Source: Camelus dromedarius (taxonomy: Eukaryota). Taken from it: a stretch of DNA of 64,000 nucleotides. Position 1 is the first letter of the stretch. The number at the start of each line of letters is the position of its first letter. The stretch is taken from NCBI RefSeq assembly GCF_036321535.1, contig NC_087436.1, positions 30,382,001-30,446,000 of the forward strand, in the 5' to 3' direction. A program made the translations under genes and the position numbers. Below are positions 53,711 through 64,000 of this stretch, piece by piece. The notes beneath the pieces were generated by a model. The model was not told where the DNA came from, did no database searches, and saw nothing but the letters and a program-made list of their open reading frames with translations.

Positions 53711-54949
53711 TCCCTGGAGCATTGGGGGATATTAAAAGTTTATGGTTACATGCCTTACATTTACTCATTTTATTCTTATTTTTAATGTCTAACCTCTCAT
53801 TGCAGGGCAATAAGAATTTAAGTCTTGGAAATCATATTTAAATATAATGATGAATGTGAATCCTGGATAACCATGCTTAAGTGAGCTCATGGTGGAGACA
53901 TTTCTAGGCGTGAATTATGAGTCAAAGCTATTCTTGAGACTTATTAACATAGATATAAGTAGAATGGAATAATAATGGAATGATAATGGAAATCACATTT
54001 CTGTAATTGAGATAATCCATATTCTGTAGTACCCCAGGTTAATTTGTAAAATTAGTATGAAATGATAAATGAATAGAAAGTTGCTGTGCTACTAGACAAA
54101 GTTTAATTTGCTGAGGCAGCGTTCAGTTTAGTGATTCTACTTGGCATTTACTTTTCTTCAGTTTTTTTTTTCTTTTCTGATATTCCAATTGTACAATGAA
54201 AAGATGTTTAAAAGGTAATAAAAGCCCAAGTTCTGAGGGTAATGTGCTTTTCTATGGGGTTGAATTCATTTTATTTTATTCCACATCATGTACTTGGGAG
54301 TATAGATATTTTGCTCTTCGGGTTCAAGGTTTGATGATTCTTATAATATAGATTATATTGTATGGAATTCTCCACTCTACTAAATTTGGCTTTTTAATTT
54401 AAAAAAATATGTCTTAATCTAAATAAAATAGCTAATTTAAAATTATTTTATTTTAATTAAGCATAGCCAAATAACTGTCACATTTTCAGCATACAAAAAT
54501 ATGTATTAACTTAATATACAGAAAGAATAAATATAGGTTTATATGGACCTCAAGGCAGTTTATGAAAACAACATTACTATTAATATTACTATATTTATTA
54601 TTATATAACAAGCTTAGAGACAATTTAGATCCTGGAATACACCGTATTTCCAGTAAAAATGAAGGTAAATTTGATAAAGATAATTGACCACTATATACTT
54701 TTGTACAAAAATGTTAGTGATTATTATTCCTTATTATATCATTATTATTGTTATATTATATCAACAATATTATATTATATTATACCAACATTATTCCTGT
54801 TGTTTCTAACTCTGTAATTGTTCTGATTTCTGACTTTGGAACCATTTTTTGTAAAGCTTTACTCTGTAATTGATCTATGAATGCCCTGCAATTTCTTTAT
54901 TTCTGTTCCTCTAGCAGACAAGTCTAAATTCCTGTTTGTGTTTGCTTAT

Positions 54950-55210
54950 TGTAGGTGAGGAGAAAGTTTTCCTTGACCCTCTTCTGGACCCTTGGCTGGG
55001 TATGAAAGTCAAATTGACAAAGAGAGTAACAGGAGAAAAGCATACAAATTATTTAGCGTAAGTTTAAGTTTTATGTGACATGGGAGCCTTCGTAAGTAAA
55101 TGAAGACCCAAAGAAACTGTTAGACCTGAGTGTTTTATTTTAGGTTTGATGAAGAGTAGGCAGTCATGGAGAAGCAGGATAGGCTAAGGAGTATGAAGTA
55201 ATTGTAGTAT
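54950..55210 (-). mobile_element. ERV1 LTR 3' half (MER34/MER39 group)
   Basis: tgtaggtgaggagaaagttttcctt…taacaggagaaaagcatacaaatt…catgggagcctt…gaagacccaaagaa. Confidence 0.7.
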
Positions 55211-56460
55211 GTTGAGATGGCCTAGATCTTTACCACCAGCCTTGTTCAAAAAAACTGGAGTGATACCTGTGAGCAAACACTGAATCTCTCCCTTTAAATT
55301 TATATGTGGCAGACCTTTGAATTTGGGTCTTAGACAACATCCTTTGTTTAATTTATCTGAATCCTCTCATAACCATGCTTTCAGTATTAGAAAAAGGCTT
55401 TTTTCTTCCCTAGAAACCCTGAGACATAAAGTCATAAGGACCTGGAAGGACACAGGCAAAGAATCCGGCTACAGTTATCAAACAGGTTTGACTACACAAA
55501 AGTGTCCCACAAAAAGACAAGATGGGCTGTAACCACAAAGGGAGAGACCCTTTCAAGTGCTGATAATGACACATATGGCTTTTTTTTTTTTTTAACTTTT
55601 AAAAAGGTGCGGCTGATTAGCCCAAGATAAAACACAAACCAAAACAAATTCAGCTGGATTTGTGCTCCCTGTGGCAAGCCAGCTCCTCCTTTGTAAGACT
55701 GGACTGGTCTTACAAAGGACTTAGAAATTTAAGGTTTTCTATAATAACTGATATCAGTACTGAACTAAAAGAAGGTATATTCTAGCAAACTTACTAAAAT
55801 TCTCATAGACTACCTTGCTGCCATATTCACAGTAGGTTTATTTCAATTACTTTAAGAATCACATCTTACTAGAAAACAAACATGTTATTTGTTACATTAC
55901 TTTTTGTTTGTGTACTCCCAGTAATGACTCCACAGTCTATTTCTGATCAGCTATAAATTGTACTCACAGCACAAACAGGATTTGGATTTATAAGTCAAAC
56001 AATCTGATTATTGATAGAGTAAAAGTTGGACAGTCTTGATTAGTCATTTTTGATAACAGTAAAAGTAACTAACATGCATCCAAGTACTCAAGTCCTAAAT
56101 TCGATACAAAAATGTTTTATTGATTGATTTGGTTGGAAGGATGCTGCAGAAAAGAAAAGCATTTAATTAACATATAAACAGAAATCTGGCACTTATAAGT
56201 GGAGACTAAAAAAGACAGATCTAATGCTATTTGATTAACTTTAGGACATATGTCAATCTTTTTAAAAGCTAGATAAGCCTCTTATTAGCTTCAGGACACA
56301 AGACTGTCTTTCTTAAGGACCTGGGAACCATCCCTCTGAAATATTATCATCAAAGAAGATATACTCTGTCTCTTAGTTTCTGCAGGAGGGTAGAAGCCTA
56401 AATTCAAAGGGCTCCTTCTCCAAGTTTCAAAACTACCCTCTGTGGGGAAGGCAGGGGCTT
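55211..56460 (+). mobile_element. Non-coding ERV1 (MER4-group) 3' internal region plus partial LTR
   Basis: PPT-like aagtggagac near 56200, then LTR-like aaggacctgggaaccatccctctgaaat…gggtagaagcctaaattc. Confidence 0.5.
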
Positions 56461-56489
56461 CTGTTTTTAATATATTTTCCCAACAACTG

Positions 56490-57625
56490 TCTACTAAGCA
56501 ATTGTATATGAATTTGGAATCAAAGAAATGTTCCAAACTAGATGTATATACTGGAGTATTGTCGTTCTATAAACGGTATATAAAACCCGGAGACAGGCTG
56601 AGATCACTAAAGGAGTGAACATAAACAGCTTTGAGAAGACATCAGATCCTAGGAGGGAGACACTCCATTGTTAAAAGGTTGCCTCTCCAAAAAAAAAAAA
56701 AAGTCCAGAAAAGAAGACAGAGAAAAGATACTCCACGAGGTAGGGAGATGAAGAGGGAAGTGTAGAGTCCTGGAGGCAAACTGAAAAAAGTATTTTAAAA
56801 AACTAAGGTGTATTCAATTGTGTAAAACACTGCTGTTAGAATAAGAAGGTCTAGAAAAGGAAATTCTGGATTAATCAGCTTGAGAAGTTAGTCATTTTAA
56901 CAGAGTTGTTTTGGTACAGGGTGTAGTTTAAAGCCCCACTGGAGTGGATTGAAAAGAGCATTTTCAGCCAGGTGATCAGTGGTAAAGACTGGTATGCTGG
57001 AACTGTTTCTCAAAAAATTCAAACGAACAGGAAAAACAGGATACATCCCTTCCAATCACTATGCTAGATAGCTTGAAAACGGTTCTCATAGCTTGAATTC
57101 GGCCCTGGCAGGGGAACATATTTATAACAGGAAAAATCAGAAAATATTTCAAATCAGAGCATTGTTCTCTGGAAAGAATCAGATACAAGTGAGTTTCAAA
57201 GACTGGAAGAGGAGGCAGTGAGTAAAATGAATATTCTCAGAGATTCTGCTCTAAAAAGAAGCAAAAAACCAAAAATGGGCAGAAGCTGGAAGAAAAATGT
57301 ACAGTGGTTAAGAGAAGTGTGTTTTGTTGTGATGGTGTTGCTTGGTGTGTTTGTTTTGGTTTGTTTATCATAAAGAAGAAATACAGGCCATAGGTAAGCA
57401 GATCAAATGCCTCAGTCAAGAGAACAACCTGATTGCACAGAAGAGGAGAGGAAAATTAGCAGAGTGAGGGCTTCCATCTGTGTAGAGGAGATGGGCTCTA
57501 GTGTGCTGAGGATGGGGCTGGAATTCACAGGAGTCCCTGGAGTTCACTCATAATGAGTGGGCACCTGCAAGCAGGTAGGGAGATAACAGTGGTGGAAGAC
57601 CTCTTCTGATTGTGTTCACTATTTC
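56490..57625 (-). mobile_element. LINE-2 fragment (about 1.1 kb) interrupted by a hAT element
   Basis: ggctgagatcactaaaggagtga…gtcctggaggcaaactgaa…aggagatgggctctagtgtgc…ctcttctgattg. Confidence 0.75.
56989..57185. mobile_element. MER63-like hAT-Blackjack fragment
   Basis: ctggtatgctggaactg…catcccttccaa…tagcttgaattcggcc…ggaaaaatcagaaaatatttcaaatcagagc. Confidence 0.55.
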
Positions 57626-59561
57626 TTCAAGAGACATAAAATTTTGAACATACATAGCTCATATTTATTTCATTCTTTCCCACAAGACATTTATAGGAAA
57701 AACATTCATTTTACAGTCTAGTTACCTTAACGTGTGCATTAAAATATATCACATTGAAACCTTAACCTGCTCTGTTAGGTTTATATATCTGAGCAGGCCC
57801 ACAAATTGTGTCACTTCTTTGAGCAGCCCATAAAATGATTTAACTGGAAGGGCCATATGATACAACTTTTGTACAGAGTTTAAAAGTTCTCTGTTACTCA
57901 ACTCATACCAAAGAATAACCACCCAGCTATGAATTTTCTGACCAGCCTAAAAGTGATCACTTCAGTGATTATCTAATGTAGTCTATTAGATATCTGCTTA
58001 TATAACAGACATTATATTTGATAACATACTCTCTGGACAAATGACTGATGTCAATTTTAATGTTAATTGCAAGAAGAAAATCCAATTTTTTCATTCTACT
58101 GGTTATGTCTTCTATCAAGAATATGTATATACAATATATAGAATGTATATACATATATAAAATACACACACATATATACATCCACTTATGTATATGGAGT
58201 TACTCATTTTATTAGACTGTACATAATTAATATGGCCATTGAAATAATAAGCTATTCTTCCCTCAGATTATATAATACTTATACTGAATATTTTCAAGAA
58301 TTATTTGGATTATATATTAAATGATGCTTTCACAAAATATAAATATATATATATATTTGTATTACTGAAGATTATATCTGTTGATAAATAAACCCACATT
58401 GTTTGTTTCCAGCAAAAGAAATCTAAACACGAATTAAAATTTTCTTAAATCTTCATGTCCATTCAGTAAATTCAACAAGTCAAAAGGGGAAGATCTAAAC
58501 AGCTGTTAGTGTCATCATCTATTGATATGCCTCAACAATATCCTATCCAACTGACAGAGTGACAAGCCCAGCATCTTTATCTTACCCTCATAATTTAATC
58601 TGCAAACAGCTAGCTTTACTGCCTCACCCTCCAGGCCCAGTGTCAGCCTTATTGAATGAAAATTCAATTCTCAACAAAGGCCCTCAAGGGTAATTACTGG
58701 TCTACAGCGAACAGTTTTGCAGAAAGAACTCCAGGTGAAATGCGAACAATGTCTCTTTGTAGTGATAAAAATCCTCTCTCCCTGGATTTACATATCACTT
58801 CTCTAGCAAAGCAACCTAATGATTTGTTTACTTTCTATACTTTTACAGCAGGCACAGGGCTTCAATATTTTTTTCCCAATTATTCTTAGTCCTTTTTCCT
58901 GGTCAGTTTCTGAAGTACATTTCAACCGTAGAATTTTTATTTTGTTTAGGAATTGGCAATTACAGAGTTATGTTGATATTTATTTGGATTTTTAATGTAC
59001 AAAATGTATTTACTGAATTCCTTAAATAGAGCTGAGTGAATTTCTTTAAGAAAATGTTTACTCAAAAAGCAAGTGCTTAATAACCACAGGAAAAAGACAA
59101 ACGTGAGATTAACAATAAAAACTGGTTGACAAAATGCTCTGAGGAAATGAAGAAGCCACAAGGTGAGATTCTGTGAACAAAAGAAAAAATATTTTTTGTT
59201 TGTTTTTTTCTGATCATGCAGATATATCTAAACCTTAAAGTCAACTCCCAAGATTGTCACTTAATTTTTTTTTAAAAGGAGGAAAATAAACTTCCTCATT
59301 ACTTATCTAAATGAAATAATAAAAAGATTCTGTCCAAGGACTTGCTGTGGCAAATGCTTTACTCACCTTCCCAGTTAGTTATCCAGTCATTATTCGGTTC
59401 TGAGGAACTGAACAATCAAAAAGAACCACAAAATCACCTTGAACTCATAAAAATAAAAATGTACTGATACTAAAAAAAAGATGCATATCTCTAACACCTT
59501 TTCTTTTCTGTCATTCAGAAATACATTTCCTCAGTATCAATCTCAAAATAATGAGAAATAT

Positions 59562-60196
59562 TGAGACAGAAAGGGGGCAGGGCACAGCCATTCAAGGATT
59601 GCCACAGCAATTAACATCAAAATTGCAGAAGATTCAGCCTTCAGTAGGCCTTGAGGCTCAAGATGATGGGAGATTTAACTTCTAGGAGACCTTGAGCTAC
59701 ATTATATGCTTACTGTAATATACTAACATGGTGAATAACATGCCTACAGGCGCCACAGCAGCCCCAAGGATAGCCACAAAAGATGAAAGAGTAGAAATGG
59801 CCAACTTCCTGGGAATCCCAGCCCCGTCCCCAGGCTAGTTAGACTGGTGCTTCCACTTAATAGCATATGAAGCCACCAAGCCCATAAAAATGGGCAACAC
59901 TGCCCCTCACGGTCTCTCTCTCTCTCTCTCCGTTCAGAGACAGCCCCACACTCTGTGTATGGAGTGTGTACCTACTTTTACTCTAATCTGAGCACCCAAC
60001 CCCCACACCTCATAGCCTTTCCCTTGCCTTTCAATGTATCTCTCTAAATAAATCTACCTTTACTCAACTGTGGCTCGCTCTTGAATTCTTTCCTGTGCAA
60101 AGCTAAGGATCCACACTTGGCAGGGCACGTCCCAGGGGTTCAAACGAAGCCTGGGACATGGATTTCCTCATGCCCACATCCATTTTTCCTGCATCA
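59562..60196 (+). mobile_element. MER41-like ERV1 solo LTR, 635 bp
   Basis: TG…CA termini, perfect 4-bp TSD ATAT (59558-59561, 60197-60200), AATAAA followed by ctcgctcttgaattctttcctgtgcaaag typical of MER41/MER4-group LTRs. Confidence 0.85.
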
Positions 60197-60361
60197 ATAT
60201 AGTATTAGGCTTTGTGAATTAATCAGTCCTAGGTATGTTTATTGCTATTATCTATACAACTGTCTGATGTATTTTAAAATGTTATTTTAACAGAATAGAT
60301 GGAAAAAACATTTACTGCAAAGATTTGAAGAGACAAAATAAGAAAGTGTGATGGTTCTCAC

Positions 60362-61524
60362 TGTAGGGGAGAAAAAATTGCCACCCCCAAACGTGTCTCT
60401 TTGGCATGAGGAATAATTTACACTGATTCTTTGTAAAAAACAGAAGACACAGGACGTTGTCCTTGTTATTTCCCCTTTAACTGACTGAAATAATTTAGAT
60501 AGAAATCCTGTTCCTGGAACAGAGCTCTCACCAGAGATATCTGCAAAAGATAAAGACTAGGTGTGGTGGGGGAAACTTGTCAGGGCCAGGAGATCAGAGT
60601 CCTATCTCTGTCCCATTGTCTCTGCATGGCCCAGCAAACATGCATTCAACAGACATTTTTTGGTATTTCATCTCCATGTGAATTGCCTCCCTCCATTTTG
60701 TAGTCCTAAAATGACGCAGATATTAGGTTCTCATCTCCTCTCAGAAAGAATTCAGAGGTGAGAAACGGAGGTCAAGAAGATAAAGTGAGATTTAGTGATA
60801 GACGCTCTCAAGGGGGGAGTAGGCAGGCTCAGGTGCACAGCTGCCCTGAGTTTCCTTGGCAAGTTGGTTACATAGGGTGTAAAAATAAATAGGCAGAATA
60901 TTCATTGGAGAGGGAGGGGTTTGGGATTATATTCCCTAATTTCTACCCCAGCCCCAGCTCGCCGAGGGGAGGAGGAATTTTTGTCCTTATTTAGTCTTGA
61001 TTGGAAGTGTCATGGCATTAGTGCATGATGGGTACTTCTAGTCTGCAAGGTTAATTTTATTGTCATGAGAGCATAATGAGCAAAAGGTTATATTCAGACA
61101 CCAGAGATTCTTGTCTCTTCCTACCTTTCTTTGCCTCCAGGACACTTGTCACCCCAAAATATGTTATTTCTTATTAATCTGGAGGTTCTTGCTTTTCTCT
61201 ATCTGCCCAAGGACCCCTGCTGTTCACAAGATTTATGGTTTCCTGCCATTTGGCCCATTCCCCTCTTTCTCTGCTCATATCCAGCTATCTGCCTGCTCTA
61301 ACAAAACCACTACCCCCAATACCCTCATTTGTCTTTAGCGGAAGGTAGTATTAAATGAAGGACTTGGCCATTTTGGAGAGTTAGTTTTCTGGGGTCTCTC
61401 CTTTGTATACATGTTATTAAACTTTTATTTGATTTTCTCTGGTTAATCTGTCACATGTCAGTTTAATTCTTAGACCAGTCTGAAGGACCTAGAAGGGCCG
61501 AGGAAAATTACTTCCTCCCCAACA
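60362..61524 (+). mobile_element. MER34-group ERV1 solo LTR split by a nested LTR
   Basis: Inverted termini tgtaggggga / tccccaaca; gccacccccaaacgtgtctctttggcatgagga start; ATTAAA and ggttaatctgtc in the 3' half. Confidence 0.8.
60712..61303 (-). mobile_element. Nested ERV1-type solo LTR, 592 bp
   Basis: TG…CA ends (tgacgcag…ctctaaca); minus strand starts tgttagagcaggcagatagc; near TSD aaaa/aaac. Confidence 0.75.
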
Positions 61525-62009
61525 GAGTAAATTAAGAAAAGAAGACAAAGACATTTCAAGTATAACAAAAAGTAATGTGACCCAAAATGAATCAGAGATT
61601 TAATAGTAACTAGTTCTATTAAAAAATAATGAGAGAGTGATGAAAGTCAAGGGAGGAGAGTGATAGGGAAGGTGCCCATGGTCACCACTTGTGCCTGTTC
61701 TGCAACAGTATCCAGAAGGTTCAGTGGTCTTTAAAAGGCCAACTTCAAGGGAATACTAGGCAATAAAGGAGACGTTCCTTGGCAGAATTGCCTAAGATAA
61801 GGGAGACAGTCAGCCTGAGGGAAATTGACCAATAAACCTTACACACACACACACATCAATTAAAAAAAACACATAGACACACACACAAAAACTGAACAGT
61901 TAAAGCACCAATGACAGAACCAAGAGAAGAAAATGATGATGCACCATGCTGGGGGTTGGGAGGATGCAAGAGCTGGAAAGTCTGAAAACCAGTATTTAGG
62001 GGTTGATTT

Positions 62010-62210
62010 TGCTTCTTTCTAGCTAGGTTACCTGGAGCAGGTACTGAGTCCATTCATGATTTGGTTTTCGTTGTCTGTATAATAAGAAGCATAATATCTA
62101 ACCTTCATTATTGCTGTGTGTTAAAGGAAAGGTTGACCATATACACCACTTGACATAGGCCCAGGCCAGAATAAATAATCATCCGTTATCAAATGCTCTC
62201 ATTAGTAGTA
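62010..62210 (+). mobile_element. MIR SINE
   Basis: ggttttcgttgtctgtataataagaagcataatatctaaccttcat core. Confidence 0.55.
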
Positions 62211-62549
62211 AAATAAATCAATAAATAAATATATAAGAACCAACTGAAACTCTTGATTTGAAGACTAATGCTATGAGCATTAATAATTCAAGTATTAGTG
62301 TAGAAATATTAGTCTGGTTATTTGTACCTTTTGATTAAAATTGAAAAAAATGTCATTTAGTTGACACATTTTCTTTAATATTATATGTAACATTCTATAT
62401 CCTATGTTGATGAGTATTTTAAAATAAAATGATTTGATTATATTAAAATTCAAGTTTATGTTAGAATATTTCATTGACATACAGTTTTCTTTTTAGTTTT
62501 CCAGTTTTTCTTTTTAATTTTCTTTTTATTTATGTCATTATTTTTTAAT

Positions 62550-62710
62550 CTGATAGCATGATAAAATAGAGGTCCAGGTATTCTGGTCAGGCAAACTTGA
62601 CTTCCCAGCTGTGTGACCCTGGGAACTTTTCTAGCCCTTTCATGAGTACCTGGGATAACATACACTTGCTTTTATGGCTGTGATAGCTAATGTACAAGAT
62701 AACCATACAA
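62550..62710 (+). mobile_element. MIR SINE
   Basis: acttcccagctgtgtgaccctgggaac core. Confidence 0.6.
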
Positions 62711-63417
62711 TCCCAGTGAGAGGTTTCATCTTCTATGAAAAACTGCAACTAAGACCCAAAATGAGGAAACTGATTTCTATATTACACATTCTAGGTTCAG
62801 ACACCCATCAATTTCAGGGCCAAATATCTTTCCTCACGGCTTGTTGCAATGGTGAACCAAGTTGGTACACAATGAAAGAAGGATTCAAGATAAAGACTGG
62901 AAGTAGCATGGGGGCATTCAGTGTTCCCCAAAAGGGAAATTCTCACTTGTTGCTACATAGGGGAAGTCTTCCCCTTGCTAAGGTAGTATGAATAGTCCTG
63001 AGATAAGTACTGAAGAAATGAGGAATAAATATTTTATACTTTCTCATTAGCTCCTCCTAACAACTCTTTGAAATAAAATTTATAACTTGGTTTATAGTTA
63101 ATTTGTACAAAATTCACATTTGGTAACTGAAAGATTTAAATCCAGTTTGGTTTTGTACTATTTTCTTTAATTCCTAGGTTCTATGTCTTGCTACAGTCCC
63201 TGGAAGAAAACAGAAATTTGATACATTTTTCTTCATTCTCCTCTATTTTCTGAAAATATGATTTGTCATATGATATATGTAAGTAAGTATGTGTGTTAAA
63301 TGGATGCAATTTTGAGCCAAAGAAGTATAAAACAATCATTATTCAAATTTCACAGTTTTCTCAATAAAGATAAGGCATAGGAATTTATGCCTACAAATGT
63401 CTTCATGTGTACTATTT

Positions 63418-63894
63418 TGTACACTGGGCTGGACACCTGTCATTTGCTTTTCCAGATTCCTATCTGCTCTGTTCCATCCCTCTCTATGCCATAGGAGCAT
63501 GACCTGTAGAAATGACAGGGGTCCTGTGCCTTCTAGCTTTCTGATAGGTTATACTATTGGGAAACAAGCAGATGATCTGAATTTGAAGAGAGATTAGGGT
63601 ATTTATTTTCCCAGTTTCCTCCCTGAAGGGTAACCTACTGACCTACTTTCCACAAAAGGTCACTTCTTTCTCCTAGGCAGTGACCTCTACATGACTCTCC
63701 TTTGAGATCCTAGTAATCTCTCCTTTTCTTGGTCCCTTAGACTACAGAGCTGGTGATCACTCCACTATGCTGCTAGCTCTCCGGTCTTTGTAGTTTTCTT
63801 ACACCAACACACTTTAGAATATACCTCTTTATAAAAAAAAATAATAACTTGAGTGTAACTTTCTTTCCTGTTGGAGCTCTGGCTTATAAATACA
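63418..63894 (+). mobile_element. LTR33-like ERVL solo LTR
   Basis: gggtatttattttcccagtttcctccctg…aaggtcac…ttgagtgtaactttctttcctgttggagctctg…ataca; TG…CA ends. Confidence 0.75.
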
Positions 63895-64000
63895 TAAATT
63901 TAATGAATCAATTATGTAAAGTTCATGCAAAAATTGATTAATTATATGTTATGTGCTTAATGAAGTATTATTCCACAAGAAAGCCTAAAGTATACAAGTG

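Noticed and set aside
1..64000. CRISPR arrays, operons, tRNA/rRNA genes, CpG-island promoter
   Set aside because: None seen. The sequence is mammalian non-coding DNA with no regularly spaced repeats or CpG-rich region.

Overview
AT-rich, CpG-poor placental-mammal DNA, most likely camelid (Camelus/Vicugna). This is inferred from the 3' ends of the younger L1 copies and from not seeing ruminant, pig or primate SINEs. I find no supportable protein-coding exon, RNA gene or CpG island, so the window reads as deep intron or gene desert. Much of it is decayed transposons: L1, L2, MIR, MaLR/ERVL/ERV1 LTRs, Tigger3 and hAT/Tigger MITEs. The only recognisable translated ORFs are L1 ORF2 and Tigger transposase remnants. 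I cannot support a new biological system here. Best second-look items: a twin-primed L1 lacking its 3' UTR and ending in a non-L1 poly(A) cassette (49.8-51.2 kb); an L1 tail with apparent serial 3' transductions (40.7-40.9 kb); a three-LTR cluster with a nested insertion and STAT-type motifs (59.6-61.5 kb); and a perfect palindromic oestrogen response element in unique sequence (32.7 kb). Repeat family names come from recalled consensus sequences, not a search. Boundaries are approximate unless termini or target-site duplications (TSDs) are quoted.
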